A stretch of DNA of 64,000 nt, taken from assembly GCA_041694815.1 (NCBI GenBank), contig JBGFSC010000004.1, forward strand, positions 32,001 to 96,000, given 5' to 3'. This stretch comes from Elusimicrobiota bacterium. GTDB lineage: Bacteria; Elusimicrobiota; Elusimicrobia; UBA1565; JACRDR01. Shown here one piece after another: positions 42,017-51,402 of this stretch (positions within the stretch are counted from its first letter, which is position 1; every line of letters starts with the position of its first letter). The position numbers and the translations under genes are program-made. A model generated the notes under the pieces. It was not told the origin of the DNA and did no database searches. It saw only the letters and a list, made by a program, of their open reading frames with translations.

Positions 42017-43346
42017 CCGGCGCGTCGTGACGCCGCAGGGCCTGCGGCCGGCCACGGTGCTGGTCCGCGACGGCAAAATCGAGGCCGTCGAGCCGTTCGA
42101 GTCCTCCGCCGGAACTTTTGGACTTTTAGACGCCGCGGAGAAGCTGTTGATGCCGGCCCTGGTGGATACCCATGTGCACGTCAACGAGCCGGGCCGCGCC
42201 GAATGGGAGGGCTTCGAAACCGCTACCCAGGCGGCGGCGGCCGGCGGCGTGTCGACGCTCGTCGATATGCCGCTCAACAGCGTCCCGGTCACGACCAGCC
42301 TCCGGGCACTCGAGGCGAAACGCCGCTCGGCGCAGGGCAAGTGCTGGGTCGATTGCGGGTTTTGGGGCGGAGTGGTGCCAGGCAACCGGGGCGAGCTCGA
42401 GGCGATGATCGACGCGGGGGTTTTCGGCTTCAAGGCCTTCCTGATCGATTCGGGAATCCCGGAATTCCCGGCGGTCGAGGAGCGCGATCTCAGGGAGGCG
42501 ATGCCCGTGCTTGCGCGCCGCGGCGTGCCTCTGCTGGCGCACGCCGAGCTTTGCGGCCCGGCGCCCATTCCCCGGAATTCCCGCCGCTATAAGGATTACC
42601 TCGATTCCAGGCCCAAGGCATGGGAGAACGAGGCGGTGCGGATGCTCTCGAGGCTTTGCCGCGAGACCGGATGCCGCGTGCACGTCGTGCACCTTTCCTC
42701 GGCGCAGGCCCTCGAGTCGCTACGCGAGGCCAAGGCGGAGGGGCTGCCCATGAGCGCCGAGACCTGCCCGCATTACCTCTGCCTCTGCGCAGAGGATGTC
42801 GGCGACGGGCGCACGGAGTTCAAGTGCGCGCCGCCCATCCGGGAGGCGGCCAATCGCGAGCGGCTCTGGGAGGCGCTGGCGGACGGGACGATCGACTTTA
42901 TCGTCTCCGATCATTCCCCCTGCCTCCCCGAGCTCAAGGAGCTCGAGTCGGGCGACTTCCAGCGGGCCTGGGGCGGGATCTCCTCGCTCCAGTGGGGATT
43001 GCCGGCGGTCTGGACGGAGGCCCGCTCGCGCGGGTTCTCCGCGGAGCGCATGGCGGCGTGGATGTCCGCCGCTCCGGCGGCATTCGCCGGGCTGCGCTCG
43101 AAGGGCGCCGTGGAGGTTGGCAAGGACGCCGACCTGGTCGTCTGGGACCCCGACGCGTCCTTCACGGCCGATCCCCGGGGCCTCAAGCACCGGCATCGAG
43201 TCAGCCCTTACGCGGGACGAAAGTTCTTCGGGGTGGTGGAGACGACGTTCCTGAGAGGCGAGAAAATATATGAGCGAGGAAATCTTGCAGGGCCTTGCGG
43301 AGTCGCCCTCCGCCGCGAAAGCGCCGCCGTTCACCGATCTGCCTGA
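41994..43346 (+). CDS. allB: Allantoinase
   Basis: DTHVHVNEPGR, DMPLNS, ETCPHYL, KCAPPIR, SDHSP. Confidence 0.95.
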   Translation: MPTFALRSRRVVTPQGLRPATVLVRDGKIEAVEPFESSAGTFGLLDAAEKLLMPALVDTHVHVNEPGRAEWEGFETATQAAAAGGVSTLVDMPLNSVPVTTSLRALEAKRRSAQGKCWVDCGFWGGVVPGNRGELEAMIDAGVFGFKAFLIDSGIPEFPAVEERDLREAMPVLARRGVPLLAHAELCGPAPIPRNSRRYKDYLDSRPKAWENEAVRMLSRLCRETGCRVHVVHLSSAQALESLREAKAEGLPMSAETCPHYLCLCAEDVGDGRTEFKCAPPIREAANRERLWEALADGTIDFIVSDHSPCLPELKELESGDFQRAWGGISSLQWGLPAVWTEARSRGFSAERMAAWMSAAPAAFAGLRSKGAVEVGKDADLVVWDPDASFTADPRGLKHRHRVSPYAGRKFFGVVETTFLRGEKIYERGNLAGPCGVALRRESAAVHRSA

Positions 43347-44277
43347 CCTGGCGTCTTCCCGCCTGGGGGCGCGAGTGCTGGCGGCCAACGACGACTTCTT
43401 CGCCCCTAAGGAAAACCTGATCAAGCCGGAGCCGGCCGTCTTCATCAAGGACAAATACACCAGCCGTGGGAAATGGATGGACGGCTGGGAGACGCGTCGG
43501 CGTCGCGCGCCGGGGCATGATTGGTGCCTGTTGCGGCTCGGCTGCCGCGGCACCTTGCGTGGAGTCGACGTCGACACGAGCCACTTCCTCGGCAACTATC
43601 CCGAGCACTGCTCGATAGAGGCCTGCGACCTTCCGGTGGGAGCGTCCTTGAGGAAGCTGGAGGCCGCCTCGTGGACCGAGATTCTTCCCAAGTCGCCCCT
43701 CAAGGGGGGGACCCATAATCTCTTGGCGATAGGCAGCGCTACGCCCTGTTCCTTCCTGCGCCTGCGCATCTACCCCGACGGCGGGGTCGCGCGCCTGCGG
43801 GCCTATGGGGAGGTGGTTCCGGATTTTTCCAAGTCCCGAGGGCTCATCGACCTGGCCTCGGTGCTCAACGGTGGCTGGGTCACCGCCAACAGCGATCGTT
43901 TCTTCGGCTCCCCCGGCAACATGCTCATGCCCGGCCGGGCCCGCAACATGGGCGACGGGTGGGAGACCAAGCGGCGCCGCGGCCCGGGGCATGATTGGGC
44001 GATCGTGCGCCTAGGTGCCGCTGGCCGGATCCAGAAGGTCGAGCTCGATACCAACCACTTCAAGGGCAATTATCCCGACGCGTGTTCGCTGGAAGGCGGC
44101 GACGGTTCGAGCTGGACCGAGATCCTTCCAAGGACCAAGCTGAGGCCCCACACGCGGCATTTTTTCCAAAAGGAGATCACCCACTCCGGTCCCTTCAGCC
44201 AGGTGCGCATCAATATCTACCCCGACGGCGGGGTGAGCCGCCTGCGGATCTATGGACTCGTTGGGCCGGTTCAATAA
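43270..44277 (+). CDS. alc: Allantoicase
   Basis: Duplicated DGWET(R/K)RRR...YPDGGV(A/S)RLR domains. Confidence 0.95.
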   Translation: MSEEILQGLAESPSAAKAPPFTDLPDLASSRLGARVLAANDDFFAPKENLIKPEPAVFIKDKYTSRGKWMDGWETRRRRAPGHDWCLLRLGCRGTLRGVDVDTSHFLGNYPEHCSIEACDLPVGASLRKLEAASWTEILPKSPLKGGTHNLLAIGSATPCSFLRLRIYPDGGVARLRAYGEVVPDFSKSRGLIDLASVLNGGWVTANSDRFFGSPGNMLMPGRARNMGDGWETKRRRGPGHDWAIVRLGAAGRIQKVELDTNHFKGNYPDACSLEGGDGSSWTEILPRTKLRPHTRHFFQKEITHSGPFSQVRINIYPDGGVSRLRIYGLVGPVQ

Positions 44278-44764
44278 GCTCGGCGAGGCCGAGGCGCGCG
44301 AGGCGCTCTTGCGCTGCTGCGGGTCACGCCGCTGGGTGGAGGCCATGCTGGCCGAGCGCCCCTTCGCCGACAGGGAAGCGCTCATCGAGCGCGCCGGCAA
44401 GGCTTTCCTGGCGTTGGACCGAACGGACCTGCTGGAGGCTTTCTCGCAACACCCCAAGATAGGCGACTTGCGGAGCCTCAAGGCCAAGTTCGCGGGCACC
44501 AGGGCTTGGGCCAAGGACGAGCAGGCCGGTGCCGCGCAAGCCGATGAGAGGGTGCTCGCCAGCCTGGCCGAGGCCAACGAGGCCTATGAGAGGAAATTCG
44601 GCTACATCTTCATCATCTGCGCCACTGGCAGGAGCGCGGCCGAGATGCTGCGCGAGCTCCTGCGGCGGATGGGGCAGGATCCCGAGACCGAGCTGCAAAC
44701 GGCGGCGCTCGAGCAGGCCAAGATCACGAGGCTTCGGCTGGAGAAGCTGCTCAAAGATTACTAG
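44252..44764 (+). CDS. uraD: OHCU decarboxylase
   Basis: CCGS..W, HPKIG, YERKFGYIFIICATG, EQAKITRLRL. Confidence 0.94.
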   Translation: MDSLGRFNKLGEAEAREALLRCCGSRRWVEAMLAERPFADREALIERAGKAFLALDRTDLLEAFSQHPKIGDLRSLKAKFAGTRAWAKDEQAGAAQADERVLASLAEANEAYERKFGYIFIICATGRSAAEMLRELLRRMGQDPETELQTAALEQAKITRLRLEKLLKDY

Positions 44765-44775
44765 ACTAGCACCTC

Positions 44776-45111
44776 ATGAGCCTTAGCACGCACGTGCTCG
44801 ACACCGCGCGCGGCCGTCCCGCGAAGGGAGTGCCCGTCACGGTCGAGATTTTCACCGAGGCCGGGTTCCGCAAGCTCGCCGAGGGCCGTACGAATGCGGA
44901 CGGGCGCATCCCGGCCCTGCTCGGCTCGGGAACGATGCGCAAAGGCCTCTACCGGATCGTGTTCAATACCAGCGCCTATTTCCGCGCGGCGAAGGTTAAG
45001 AGTTTCTTCCCGATGGTGGCCGTCAACGTCTCGATCGCCGACCCGAAGAGCCACTATCATATCCCCTTGTTGCTGAGCCCTTTCGGCTATTCGACCTATC
45101 GTGGCAGCTAG
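44776..45111 (+). CDS. uraH: 5-hydroxyisourate hydrolase
   Basis: LSTHVLD; C-terminal YRGS. Confidence 0.96.
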   Translation: MSLSTHVLDTARGRPAKGVPVTVEIFTEAGFRKLAEGRTNADGRIPALLGSGTMRKGLYRIVFNTSAYFRAAKVKSFFPMVAVNVSIADPKSHYHIPLLLSPFGYSTYRGS

Positions 45112-45757
45112 GGCAATCGCGCCCGTCCTCCTGCTTGCATGTTCGGCCCTCGTCGTCCGCGCCGAAGAGCCGGCGGGCAGAGCGCTTATGCGTGCCCACG
45201 GCTGCATGAGCTGCCATCGAATCGGGGAACGGGGGGGCAACGCGGGCCCCGATTTGAGCGTCGTGGGCCTGCGACATTCCCGCGAGTGGCTCGAGCGCTG
45301 GCTCAAGGACCCCCGCGCCTGGAAGCACGATACGGCGATGCCGAATTTCCGGCTCTCCGACGGCAGCCGTTCGGCCATCGTCGATTATCTCGCTTCCCTG
45401 CGAGGCAGGGACTACATAAAGGAAAGCGCCCATGGGGATCCGCTCGAGCGGGGCCGGCGGATTTACCTTCGCGCCGGCTGCGTCGCCTGCCACGGCGCCG
45501 GGGGGCGCGGCGGGCATCCCAACAATAACGTTGCCGGAGGCCGCATCCCGGCCTTGGATCGGGTGGCCGAGGGCTTCTCTCCGGAGGAGCTGGAGCAGCG
45601 CATCCGCCGCGGCCGCAGGCCGGACAAGGAGGACCCGCGGGGACCAGACCCATTGGTCGCGATGCCCGCCTGGGGAGCCCTGCTGTCCGACGCCGAGATC
45701 AAGGACGTCTCGGCCTATGTATCGTCGCTCAATACTGGGGCGCGCCAAGACTGGTGA
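45101..45757 (+). CDS. Periplasmic dihaem cytochrome c
   Basis: Signal peptide; CMSCH...AMP and CVACH...AMP. Confidence 0.9.
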   Translation: MAARAIAPVLLLACSALVVRAEEPAGRALMRAHGCMSCHRIGERGGNAGPDLSVVGLRHSREWLERWLKDPRAWKHDTAMPNFRLSDGSRSAIVDYLASLRGRDYIKESAHGDPLERGRRIYLRAGCVACHGAGGRGGHPNNNVAGGRIPALDRVAEGFSPEELEQRIRRGRRPDKEDPRGPDPLVAMPAWGALLSDAEIKDVSAYVSSLNTGARQDW

Positions 45758-45763
45758 GGTTCG

Positions 45764-46576
45764 ATGGATATCCAATGGAATGAGTGGCTCAACCTGCTCG
45801 CGCGCTGGATCCACGTGATCGCCGGGATCATGTGGATCGGGCAGACCTATCTGTTCAACTGGATGGAGCGGGCGTTGACGCCTCCCTCCCCGGCCAAGAA
45901 GAACATCTCGGGCGAGCTATGGATGGTGCACGGCGGGGGCTTTTATCTGGTCGAGAAGCAGAAATGGCCCGAAATTATGCCTCGGAGGCTGCATTGGTTC
46001 AAATGGGAGGCGGCCTCTACCTGGCTCAGCGGCGTGTTCCTTCTAGGCGTCGTCTATTGGAGCAGGCCCATCCTGTTGGAGTACGGCTCTTCGCTCAGCC
46101 AGGCCCAGGGCGTGGCCATTTCCGTCAGCGTTCTTATCGGCGGATGGGTTCTTTATAACTTGGTCTGGCGTTCGCCGCTGGGCAAAAGCGAGCTTCTAGG
46201 CGCGGCGGTATCCTGGGCGCTGGTGCTGGCCCTGGCCTGGGGGCTCGGACAGGTGTTGAGCGATCGTGCGGCCTACCTGCATATCGGCGCGATGTTCGGC
46301 ACCATCATGGTGGCCAATGTCTGGATGGTGATCCTACCCAATCAGCGCAAGATGATTGAGATCAGCAAGGCCGGCGGCGTTGCCGACCCCAGCCTGTCCG
46401 CGCGCGCGGCGCGCTGCTCGAAGCACAACACCTACATGAGCGTTCCGTTGATATTCACGATGCTCAGTAATCATTTCCCAGAAGCCACATTCGGCCGGCC
46501 TTACGGCTGGCTGGTCCTGGGCGTGCTCGTGCTGCTGGGATGGTGCGCGGCGAAACTCATCCGAGACCATCTCTAA
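45764..46576 (+). CDS. puuD: Urate hydroxylase PuuD membrane domain (no fused cytochrome)
   Basis: RWIHVIAGIMWIG, WMVHGGGFY, LHWFKWEA, GTIMVANVW, SKHNTY, MLSNHF. Confidence 0.9.
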   Translation: MDIQWNEWLNLLARWIHVIAGIMWIGQTYLFNWMERALTPPSPAKKNISGELWMVHGGGFYLVEKQKWPEIMPRRLHWFKWEAASTWLSGVFLLGVVYWSRPILLEYGSSLSQAQGVAISVSVLIGGWVLYNLVWRSPLGKSELLGAAVSWALVLALAWGLGQVLSDRAAYLHIGAMFGTIMVANVWMVILPNQRKMIEISKAGGVADPSLSARAARCSKHNTYMSVPLIFTMLSNHFPEATFGRPYGWLVLGVLVLLGWCAAKLIRDHL

Positions 46577-46878
46577 AGCCCCATCGCGCGGCCGCCGGCC
46601 CTGTTATATTCTGCCACGATCGCCTCCCGGGCCGCCTGATAGGCCTCCGACGTGATGGGATGGACGATGTCGAAGTACTCCTTCTCCCGTTCCCCGGTCC
46701 CCTTGCGTTGGGGAAATGAGATGAACGGCGCCTCCTTTCCTTGCACGATGCGGATATCCTTGATGACGAAGGAGTCGGCGACCACGAGCTCCGCGAAGCC
46801 GAGCAGCGTGCTTTTGCCGCTAGCGGCTTGGTAGAGCCTTACTTTCGCTTGTACGGCGGGTGCGCTGTTTTTGGACAT
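46573..46878 (-). CDS. SpoVG family nucleic-acid-binding protein
   Basis: AGGAGG RBS; FVIKDIRIV.G..PFISFP.RK...YFDIVHPI. Confidence 0.9.
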   Translation of the reverse strand: MSKNSAPAVQAKVRLYQAASGKSTLLGFAELVVADSFVIKDIRIVQGKEAPFISFPQRKGTGEREKEYFDIVHPITSEAYQAAREAIVAEYNRAGGRAMGL

Positions 46879-47046
46879 GTTATCCCTCCTTTGACGGCAC
46901 CCTTATATACGAACGAGCAAGCAAAAAGTTCCAAAAATTTTGATGAGTCAAACCGCATGCCATGAGTTATTGCGACTCGATTTCGAGAAAAAAGCTTAAT
47001 TTTAAAGGGCTTAGTTCTTAGATTTTCCGGTGACCGGAAAACCGGA

Positions 47047-47943
47047 TTAGGGTACGCCTTTTCGGACCGAACAAAATCGAGCTTCCTTTATGTAACCGTG
47101 GGCGCGGTAAAACCGCTCCAGAGTCGCATAGCGGGTCGCCGGGTCCAAGCCGATATTGAGCCTTAATTTCTGAAGATCGACGGGACACAAATGCATCGGC
47201 TGCCGATCGCTCTCCTCAAGCGAGTTGGATCCGTTCATGACGCATTGATAGGCGAGGCAATGGTCGATCCCCAAGACGTGGCCCAACTCGTGGACGGCGG
47301 TCGTCAGAGTCCGTTGCTCCAAGGTCGCGCCCTTGGGCTGGCCGCGGTATCGCTCGCTCAGCCGCGCCAGTGAGAAGACGCCGGCGGCCAGGTCTTCCCG
47401 AGCCAGGCCGAATACGAAGTCGTCGTCGTCCGTATAGAGATCTTCAGTCAAGAAGCCCGCGACGGCGAAGGCGTCGGTCGGTGCATTTTTGTGAAGCTGC
47501 TTCAGCAAGGATTCTGCCTCGAATTGTCGGCGCTTGGGGCGCCAGGCTCGCCGGTCGGGCTCGATTCCCGGCAGGATTTTCGCCGGGGTCCCGAAGAAGG
47601 CTTCCAAGTATTCCCGAGCCGTTTCCATCAAGCGGGCGTGTTGCGCCTCGATCCCGCCGAGCGGCTGCACATAGATCGTTCGACGGGAAGGGCGCCACTT
47701 ATTTTCCAAGCCTTTGAGGTATTCCTCGACCGACTGGGGCTTCTCCTCGGGATGATCCCAGCGCCAATCGCCTTCCTGCGGAGGCCCGAGACGCTTGAAG
47801 CCGGTGTCGTCAAGCGGGGTCCTCGTCCGAAAGTTCGTGAGATCCTTCGAGACGCTCGCCACGTCTTCATTGAAAAACGCGCGGACCGCTAGCGGATGGA
47901 CGACGGTGAGGAGCACCGATGCGGCGAGGATCGAGAAGCTCAT
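47047..47943 (-). CDS. Archaemetzincin (M54) family metallopeptidase, secreted
   Basis: EDLY...FVFGLA; HELGHVLGIDHC...CVMNGSNS...LCPVD. Confidence 0.9.
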   Translation of the reverse strand: MSFSILAASVLLTVVHPLAVRAFFNEDVASVSKDLTNFRTRTPLDDTGFKRLGPPQEGDWRWDHPEEKPQSVEEYLKGLENKWRPSRRTIYVQPLGGIEAQHARLMETAREYLEAFFGTPAKILPGIEPDRRAWRPKRRQFEAESLLKQLHKNAPTDAFAVAGFLTEDLYTDDDDFVFGLAREDLAAGVFSLARLSERYRGQPKGATLEQRTLTTAVHELGHVLGIDHCLAYQCVMNGSNSLEESDRQPMHLCPVDLQKLRLNIGLDPATRYATLERFYRAHGYIKEARFCSVRKGVP

Positions 47944-47990
47944 CCCGCTTTTATACACCGCCTACCCCCGGGGCGCAAGGGACGGCGGCT

Positions 47991-48106
47991 CTCGAGAATC
48001 TTGAGGAAGGACCGAGACTGGAATTCCTCTTTCCTCAAGCCGGTGGCCCGCGCCTCCTCGAGCGTGATGGCCCCGCAGCTGAGCCCGCGTAGAAGAAATT
48101 GAGCAG
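47991..48106 (-). repeat. Displaced, frameshifted copy of the 3' end of the 48723-50075 gene
   Basis: Diverged direct repeat of 48738-48854 (RGL.CGAITLEEA.ATGL...EFQSRSFLKILE) with a 1-nt deletion. Confidence 0.9.
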
Positions 48107-48111
48107 GCAGG

Positions 48112-48726
48112 CTAAAGATCATTCGCCTCCGAGAGTTCCTTATAACGCTCCGGATATTTTTTCTTGAAGGCGTCGACCAGTTTTTTTCGATGCGCTTTCC
48201 AGGTGGCGGCGTTTTTGCCGAGTTTGCGCTGGTTGGAGTCATAGACCAAAAACTCCCATATCGCCTTGCCCTCGGGCTTGTCGATTTTGCATCCCGGCTT
48301 CGACATCATACGTTTGACGTAACGAGACCAGACATCTGCTTCCGGTTGCCAAACGGTCGGGTCTTTGAATATTTCGGGACTCGATTTCTTCCATTCCGCA
48401 AGCGCCGCGCGTTTTAACGACATTCGTTTCTCAGGGTCATCGATGCGTTCATCATTGACGTAAGGTTCTACGAAGCGGGAGTTAAGCGGCCGAGCGGGCT
48501 GATGGCACTGGGAGCAGCGAGCCTTCAATAGCATGTACCCCTCTTTAAACCGGGAAGGATAGGCCTTCACCCTCGCATCGATCTCCTGTGGGCCAAGATC
48601 ATTCGGATACGGATTCTGCGTGGCTTTTTCCTTTTCCAGCTCCGCGGCGCTCTTTTTCGTTTCCACTCGAGGGCCTGAAATACAGATAGAAGGTAGTAAG
48701 AAGCAGGCAAGGATCAGTTTTTTCAT
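48112..48726 (-). CDS. Secreted monohaem cytochrome c
   Basis: Signal peptide; CSQCH; YVKRMM possible Met ligand; AT-richer codons than neighbours. Confidence 0.78.
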   Translation of the reverse strand: MKKLILACFLLPSICISGPRVETKKSAAELEKEKATQNPYPNDLGPQEIDARVKAYPSRFKEGYMLLKARCSQCHQPARPLNSRFVEPYVNDERIDDPEKRMSLKRAALAEWKKSSPEIFKDPTVWQPEADVWSRYVKRMMSKPGCKIDKPEGKAIWEFLVYDSNQRKLGKNAATWKAHRKKLVDAFKKKYPERYKELSEANDL

Positions 48727-50075
48727 TTTTTGCGATTCTCCAATATTTTAAGGAATGACCGTGACTGGAATTCCGCCTGCGTCAACCCGGTAGCCTGGGC
48801 CTCCTCGAGCGTGATGGCCCCGCAGTTGAGCCCGCGCAGGAAGAAATTGAGCAGTCCTTGCCCCGTGGCCGCGTCGTCGAAAACGTCGCCGACCAAGGTC
48901 GCCTGGGCCGCCTTCTCGACGAAGTTCTTGAGCCGCGCCGAGGCGGCGTCCAAGCCCTTGAGGAAGAAATAGAAAACCGCCGCGTAGCGGGTCGGAAGCT
49001 GCGCGGGGTGCAGGTCCCAGCCCTCGTAAAAGCCGCCGACGAGCGAATGCTGGATATGGTCGAAGTGGAGCTTCCAGGCCCGGTGCACCGCCGCGCGATT
49101 CTCGTCGATCTGCCCGCGCGAGAGGGCCTCGCCCTGAGAGGCGCGGTGGATCGGCACCGGCATCACGTTGGTGGCGCCGTCGGAGAGCTGTATGCCCCGC
49201 TGGGCCAGCGAGACCTGCATGGCGTGCTTGGCGAAATCGCAGGCCGGGTGGTCCATGGCCTGGTGGTTCGCCGTGATGTTGCAAAGCGCCGTGTAATCGT
49301 AGGTGCCGAAATGGGCGGCGACGCAGCGGCCTTGCAACGCGTCGACGAGCGAAGGCAATACCAACTCCCCCTTCTCGCCGAATATGGACTGGGGCGTTTC
49401 GACCATGAGCTCGACCTTCAAGGCGCCGTTTTTTAAGCGCAGCCTCCGCTCGAGCGCGCCTAGGGCCTTGGCCAGGGCGGCGGGTTGGGCGGGCGAGGTG
49501 ATCTTGGGCAGGGTGACGACGAATCGCGGGGGCAGCGACTTCTTGCCGCAAGACAGGAGGGTGGTCAAGAAGATGTCGAGCGTGCGCAGCGAGCGAGCGC
49601 GCAGGGGCTCGGAGAGAGGCTTCATGCGCATGCCGATGAAGGGAGGCAGCGTCCCTTGGGCTAGACCCTCGGCGAGCTCCACGGCGGCTTGGACCGCGTG
49701 GGCGTCCTCCTCGGCGTCCGGGCGGTTGCCGTATCCGTCCTCGAAATCGATGCGGAAATCCTCCACGGGCTCGCTCTGGAGCTTGGCCAGGACCCGGGCG
49801 TATACCGTTTCGGCCAGCCGCCCCTCATCGATGCCGAGAGCCGATGCGAGTTCCCGGAAGGTGGGCGCGTATTCGGACAAGGACTTGAGCGCGAGCGCGC
49901 CCATCTTGCCGGCGCTGTCTCGCTTGAACAGATGCGCCCCGCCGTAGACGACGTGCACGGGCTGGCGCTCGCCCGAGTCCCCGGGATGCGAGCGCGCGAA
50001 GGCCGCGTTGCCGCGCTTAAGGGCCGAGAAAACGGGGTTTAGGTCCGCGGGTTTTAGAGAGCTTTTCGGCGTCAT
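48723..50075 (-). CDS. HpcH/CitE/malate-synthase superfamily TIM-barrel enzyme (DUF6986-like)
   Basis: RQPVHVVYGGA, EDFRIDFEDGYG, TLPK, MVETP, HFGTYDY, SDGATN, GWDLHP. Confidence 0.78.
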   Translation of the reverse strand: MTPKSSLKPADLNPVFSALKRGNAAFARSHPGDSGERQPVHVVYGGAHLFKRDSAGKMGALALKSLSEYAPTFRELASALGIDEGRLAETVYARVLAKLQSEPVEDFRIDFEDGYGNRPDAEEDAHAVQAAVELAEGLAQGTLPPFIGMRMKPLSEPLRARSLRTLDIFLTTLLSCGKKSLPPRFVVTLPKITSPAQPAALAKALGALERRLRLKNGALKVELMVETPQSIFGEKGELVLPSLVDALQGRCVAAHFGTYDYTALCNITANHQAMDHPACDFAKHAMQVSLAQRGIQLSDGATNVMPVPIHRASQGEALSRGQIDENRAAVHRAWKLHFDHIQHSLVGGFYEGWDLHPAQLPTRYAAVFYFFLKGLDAASARLKNFVEKAAQATLVGDVFDDAATGQGLLNFFLRGLNCGAITLEEAQATGLTQAEFQSRSFLKILENRKK

Positions 50076-50935
50076 CGTTGGTTCTCCAGGAATTCTCTGA
50101 GGAGATTGCGGGACACGGCCAGGCGGTATTCGGCCGTCGAGCGCACGTCGTCGATCGGAGAAACGTCGCGCTCGAGCAGCGTGCAGGCGTGATCGATCGC
50201 GGGGCCATCGAGCCTTTTCCCGCGGAGGAAGGACTCGGCGGACTTAAGCCTCCGCACGGTCGGGGCCATGCTGCCTAAGGCGAAACGCAGCTCCTCGACC
50301 GCGCCGCCGGAGGAAAGCCACAGGAGCCCCGCCGCCACGGTCTTAGAAAGGGCCTGAGCGGCCCGGGTGCCGACCTTGCGGAAATAGGAGCGTTTCGGGC
50401 GGGTCCGCGGGAAAGGAAGTTCGACGGCCGTGATGAGCTCGCCGGGGCGCAGCGTGGTCTTCTTGACCCCGGCGAATATGTCCGTAAACGGCACCGCGCG
50501 CCGGCCTTCCCGGGAGGCGACATGTACGATCGCCTCGTAGACGGCCAGCGGGGGGAAGGTGTCGCCGGCTGGCGAGGCGTTGGCGATGTTTCCGCCGAGC
50601 GTGCCCCGGTTTTGGATCGCCAAGGCGCCGATGAGGGCGCAGGCCTTGGGCAGCAGGGGAAAGTCCCGCCGGATCGCGGGGTGGCGCTGGAGCGTCGAAT
50701 GCGTCGCCAAGGCCCCCACGATCACCCCGGCTTTGGTCGCGTGGATCGATCCCCACTCCGCGACGCGCGAGAGATCGAGGATCGTCCTATGGTTTTGGAG
50801 GCCGGCGTTCCAGGCGACCATAAAATCGGTGCCTCCGGCCAATGGCAGGGCCTCCGGGCGTTCGGCCAGCCGCTCGAGCGCCTCCCGGGCCGAGCGGGGC
50901 CGGATCCAGGCCATGCTCTCCGCGATCCCCCTCAT
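50072..50935 (-). CDS. Xanthine dehydrogenase FAD-binding subunit
   Basis: PLAGGTD, IQNRGTLGGNIANASPAGD, SPIDDVRS.AEYR. Confidence 0.92.
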   Translation of the reverse strand: MRGIAESMAWIRPRSAREALERLAERPEALPLAGGTDFMVAWNAGLQNHRTILDLSRVAEWGSIHATKAGVIVGALATHSTLQRHPAIRRDFPLLPKACALIGALAIQNRGTLGGNIANASPAGDTFPPLAVYEAIVHVASREGRRAVPFTDIFAGVKKTTLRPGELITAVELPFPRTRPKRSYFRKVGTRAAQALSKTVAAGLLWLSSGGAVEELRFALGSMAPTVRRLKSAESFLRGKRLDGPAIDHACTLLERDVSPIDDVRSTAEYRLAVSRNLLREFLENQR

Positions 50936-51402
50936 GCCCGCGACTTCCTTTTGCGGGCGGCCGCGATCACGGAGTCGACGATCTGTTGGTATCCCGTGCA
51001 GCGGCAAAGATTGCCGGCCAAGGCGTTGCGCACGGCGGATGGGTCCTTGGATCCGCCGGAGCCGAGCCAATAGGAGGCGGTCATCAGCATGCCGGGAGTG
51101 CAGATGCCGCATTGCGCGCCCCCCGATTCCAGGAAGCACTGCTGCAAGGCGTTGAGGCGCTCGCCAGCGGCCAGGGATTCGACCGTTTTCACCGCTCGGC
51201 CATCGAGCTGGCCGACGGGGATGAGGCAGCTGTTCACCGGTTCGCCGTCGAGCAGCACGGTGCAGGCCCCGCACTCGCCCTCGCCGCAGCCTTCCTTCGT
51301 GCCGGTCAGTTGGAAATCCTCCCGAAGCACGTCGATGAGGCGTTTGAACGGAGGGCCGCCGAAAATCCGCCGCTTACCGTTGACCGTTATTCTTATGGGC
51401 AT
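50932..51402 (-). CDS. Xanthine dehydrogenase 2Fe-2S subunit
   Basis: GTKEGCGEGECGACT, QCGICTPG, NLCRCTGY. Confidence 0.95.
   Translation of the reverse strand: MPIRITVNGKRRIFGGPPFKRLIDVLREDFQLTGTKEGCGEGECGACTVLLDGEPVNSCLIPVGQLDGRAVKTVESLAAGERLNALQQCFLESGGAQCGICTPGMLMTASYWLGSGGSKDPSAVRNALAGNLCRCTGYQQIVDSVIAAARKRKSRA

Noticed and set aside
43270..44277. Internal direct repeat in alc
   Set aside because: The known two-domain duplication of allantoicase
46573..46878. SpoVG as evidence of sporulation
   Set aside because: SpoVG homologues are common in non-sporulating bacteria, and no other spo genes are present
47023..47041. Palindrome TTTTCCGGT-G-ACCGGAAAA after the archaemetzincin gene
   Set aside because: One-nt loop and no U-tract; cannot be assigned as terminator or operator
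47940..48242. 100-aa ORF containing GAITLEEA...FLKILE
   Set aside because: An artefact of the displaced repeat read from an alternative frame of the cytochrome gene
50936..51274. Upstream extension of the xdh FAD subunit ORF
   Set aside because: It lies within the 2Fe-2S gene in another frame; the ATGA overlap at 50932-50935 marks the likely start
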